A DNA stretch of 34,431 nucleotides from Nitriliruptorales bacterium (lineage in GTDB: Bacteria > Actinomycetota > Nitriliruptoria > Nitriliruptorales > JAHWKO01): assembly GCA_050700895.1 (NCBI GenBank), contig JBOHEE010000024.1:1-34431 (forward strand). Direction: 5' to 3'. Below are positions 33,130-34,431 of this stretch, piece by piece. The notes under the pieces were generated by a model. It had not been told where the DNA came from and made no database searches. It saw nothing but the letters and a program-made list of their open reading frames with translations. Made by a program: the position numbers and the translations under genes. Numbering within the stretch: position 1 is the stretch's first letter; the number at the start of each line of letters is the position of its first letter.

Positions 33130-34431
33130 TCAGTTCGTCATGATCGTGCGGAGCTCGAAGTGCATGCCGTCGGGGGTCCGCCACGTGCCGCCCCAGCGGA
33201 AGCCCCAGCGCTCGAAGACCTCGACGATGCGGCGGTCGAGCTGCGGCTGCGCGCCGTACTGGTTCGTGCTGACGTTGAAGTCGATCGCGATGCCCCACGC
33301 GTGCATCGAGATCGGGTTGGCGGGGTCGAAGAGCATGTGGCGCGGCACCCAGCAGCCGCCGTACTGGCTACGGTCGATGTGCGCGTCGAGGCCCCGGTCG
33401 ACGACCTCCTGGAATGCCTCCCGGAGCTGGGGGATCATGTAGCGGTGGCAGCTCACCTCGCCGAAGATCGGCACCTCCGCCCGCACGATCCAGCGGCGCA
33501 CCCACGCCGGGTCGATGGCGATCATTCCGTCGCCGTGGTCGATGTAGCCGAAGGGCTCGAAGCGCGTCGCACCCGCCCCGAGGAGCTGCGCGCGCTGCTG
33601 CTCCGGCTGCTCCAGAGGGGTGACGCCCGCGCCGCCGAGCGCCTTGCTCACCCCGACGCCGACGTCGTCGGCCTTGCGGTCGTCGGCCACGGCGATGACG
33701 AGGACGTTCGGGCGGCGGACGCCGAGCCGCGAGCCAGTGGCCCACGACACGATCCCGTCCGCGAGCGGCGGTGCGCCGTTGGAGGCGTACGCGCCGACCC
33801 GCATCGTCGCCGAGCCGTCCTGGCCGTTCACGACGACCTCGCCGCCGAGCGGGAGGCCGAGTCGCTCGGCGACGTCGTGGCGGACGACGAGGTCACCGTC
33901 GTGGAGGCGCTCCCATACGGCCTTCGCCTGTGCGGTGGACTCGGGCGTGAGCGGCCGGAAGGCCAGCGGGTCGACGACGAGGAGCGTGATGCGCTCGTTC
34001 GTCTTCTCCCCGGCGACCTCAACGCCGACCTCGGCGCCGGCCGCCAGGTGCTCCACGCCGTCGACCCCGAGCACCGCGAAGAGCCCTTCGGCGTTCAATG
34101 GGCGCTCGGGACGGACGAGGAGGTCGGGAGCCAGCGGGCGGACCTGTTCCGCGAGGCCAGGGCTCTGCTGGATCGACTGCGCGTCGCCGGCTCCGGTCAC
34201 ACCGTCGTCCGGCACCGCGGTCCGCAGCCCCGGCGGTGCCGGGAGGTTGGGCGCGGCGGGGGTGGGGGAGCTCTCGGCCGCAGCGGGAGCGACGTTCACG
34301 GTCGCGGCCAGCAGCTGGTCCTCCGGTTGCGGGGAGAGCAGGAACGGCACGGTCGCGAGCACGACGGCGACCGTCGCGGTCGCGCGACCGCCCGGGAGGC
34401 GGCGGACGAGGGCGTCCGCGCGGCGTAGGAC
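33130..34431 (-). CDS. Membrane-anchored M15-family (VanY/D-Ala-D-Ala carboxypeptidase-like) peptidoglycan peptidase, 5' end probably outside window
   Basis: The C-terminal domain carries SMHAWGIAIDFN...GFRWGG.W..PDGMHFE (the H..D...H zinc ligands of M15B). The frame stays open to the window edge through a basic stretch plus TM segment (RRLPGGRATATVAVVLATVPFLL), so GTG 34362 is probably not the start. Confidence 0.8.
   Translation of the reverse strand, partial: VLRRADALVRRLPGGRATATVAVVLATVPFLLSPQPEDQLLAATVNVAPAAAESSPTPAAPNLPAPPGLRTAVPDDGVTGAGDAQSIQQSPGLAEQVRPLAPDLLVRPERPLNAEGLFAVLGVDGVEHLAAGAEVGVEVAGEKTNERITLLVVDPLAFRPLTPESTAQAKAVWERLHDGDLVVRHDVAERLGLPLGGEVVVNGQDGSATMRVGAYASNGAPPLADGIVSWATGSRLGVRRPNVLVIAVADDRKADDVGVGVSKALGGAGVTPLEQPEQQRAQLLGAGATRFEPFGYIDHGDGMIAIDPAWVRRWIVRAEVPIFGEVSCHRYMIPQLREAFQEVVDRGLDAHIDRSQYGGCWVPRHMLFDPANPISMHAWGIAIDFNVSTNQYGAQPQLDRRIVEVFERWGFRWGGTWRTPDGMHFELRTIMTN

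Overview
This is a very GC-rich (roughly 70%) chromosomal segment. WhiB, NucS, coproheme decarboxylase HemQ/ChdC and the tpiA-secG neighbourhood point to an actinobacterial origin. I support about 35 protein genes, one tRNA-Leu(GAG), two insertion-sequence (IS) transposase remnants and three short repeat structures. Housekeeping genes are an oppF-like ATPase (5' partial), tpiA, secG, msrB, a PgpH-like 7TM-HD protein, an AI-2E transporter, an enoyl-CoA hydratase, a long-chain acyl-CoA ligase, an ABC1/UbiB kinase, ychF, an RpoD-family sigma factor, nucS, an RCK K+ channel, hemQ, gpmA and cell-wall enzymes. These surround a block at about 7.1-16.5 kb that looks accessory. That block starts at the tRNA-Leu with IS3- and IS630-type remnants. 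It carries a tightly overlapped GntR/FAH/NitT-TauT ABC operon, a ParD/ParE pair whose toxin looks truncated, and an ECF sigma factor with an unusual membrane partner. It also holds a tiny HExxH protein, a Tat-lipoprotein PGRP-type amidase and a WhiB regulator. The most unusual signals are non-coding. (i) A 65-nt GC-rich hairpin element occurs three times, twice in tandem after nucS and once inverted after hemQ, so it brackets the K+ channel gene; two compensatory base-pair changes preserve its stems. (ii) A 68-bp tandem duplication sits exactly where two convergent genes once shared a CTAG stop. (iii) A perfect 41-bp tandem duplication lies in a divergent promoter region. I saw no CRISPR array, cas genes, rRNA, prophage or recognisable defence system. 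The many long Arg/Pro/Gly-rich antisense ORFs are treated as GC artefacts. All homology calls come from motif recognition by eye and need database confirmation.
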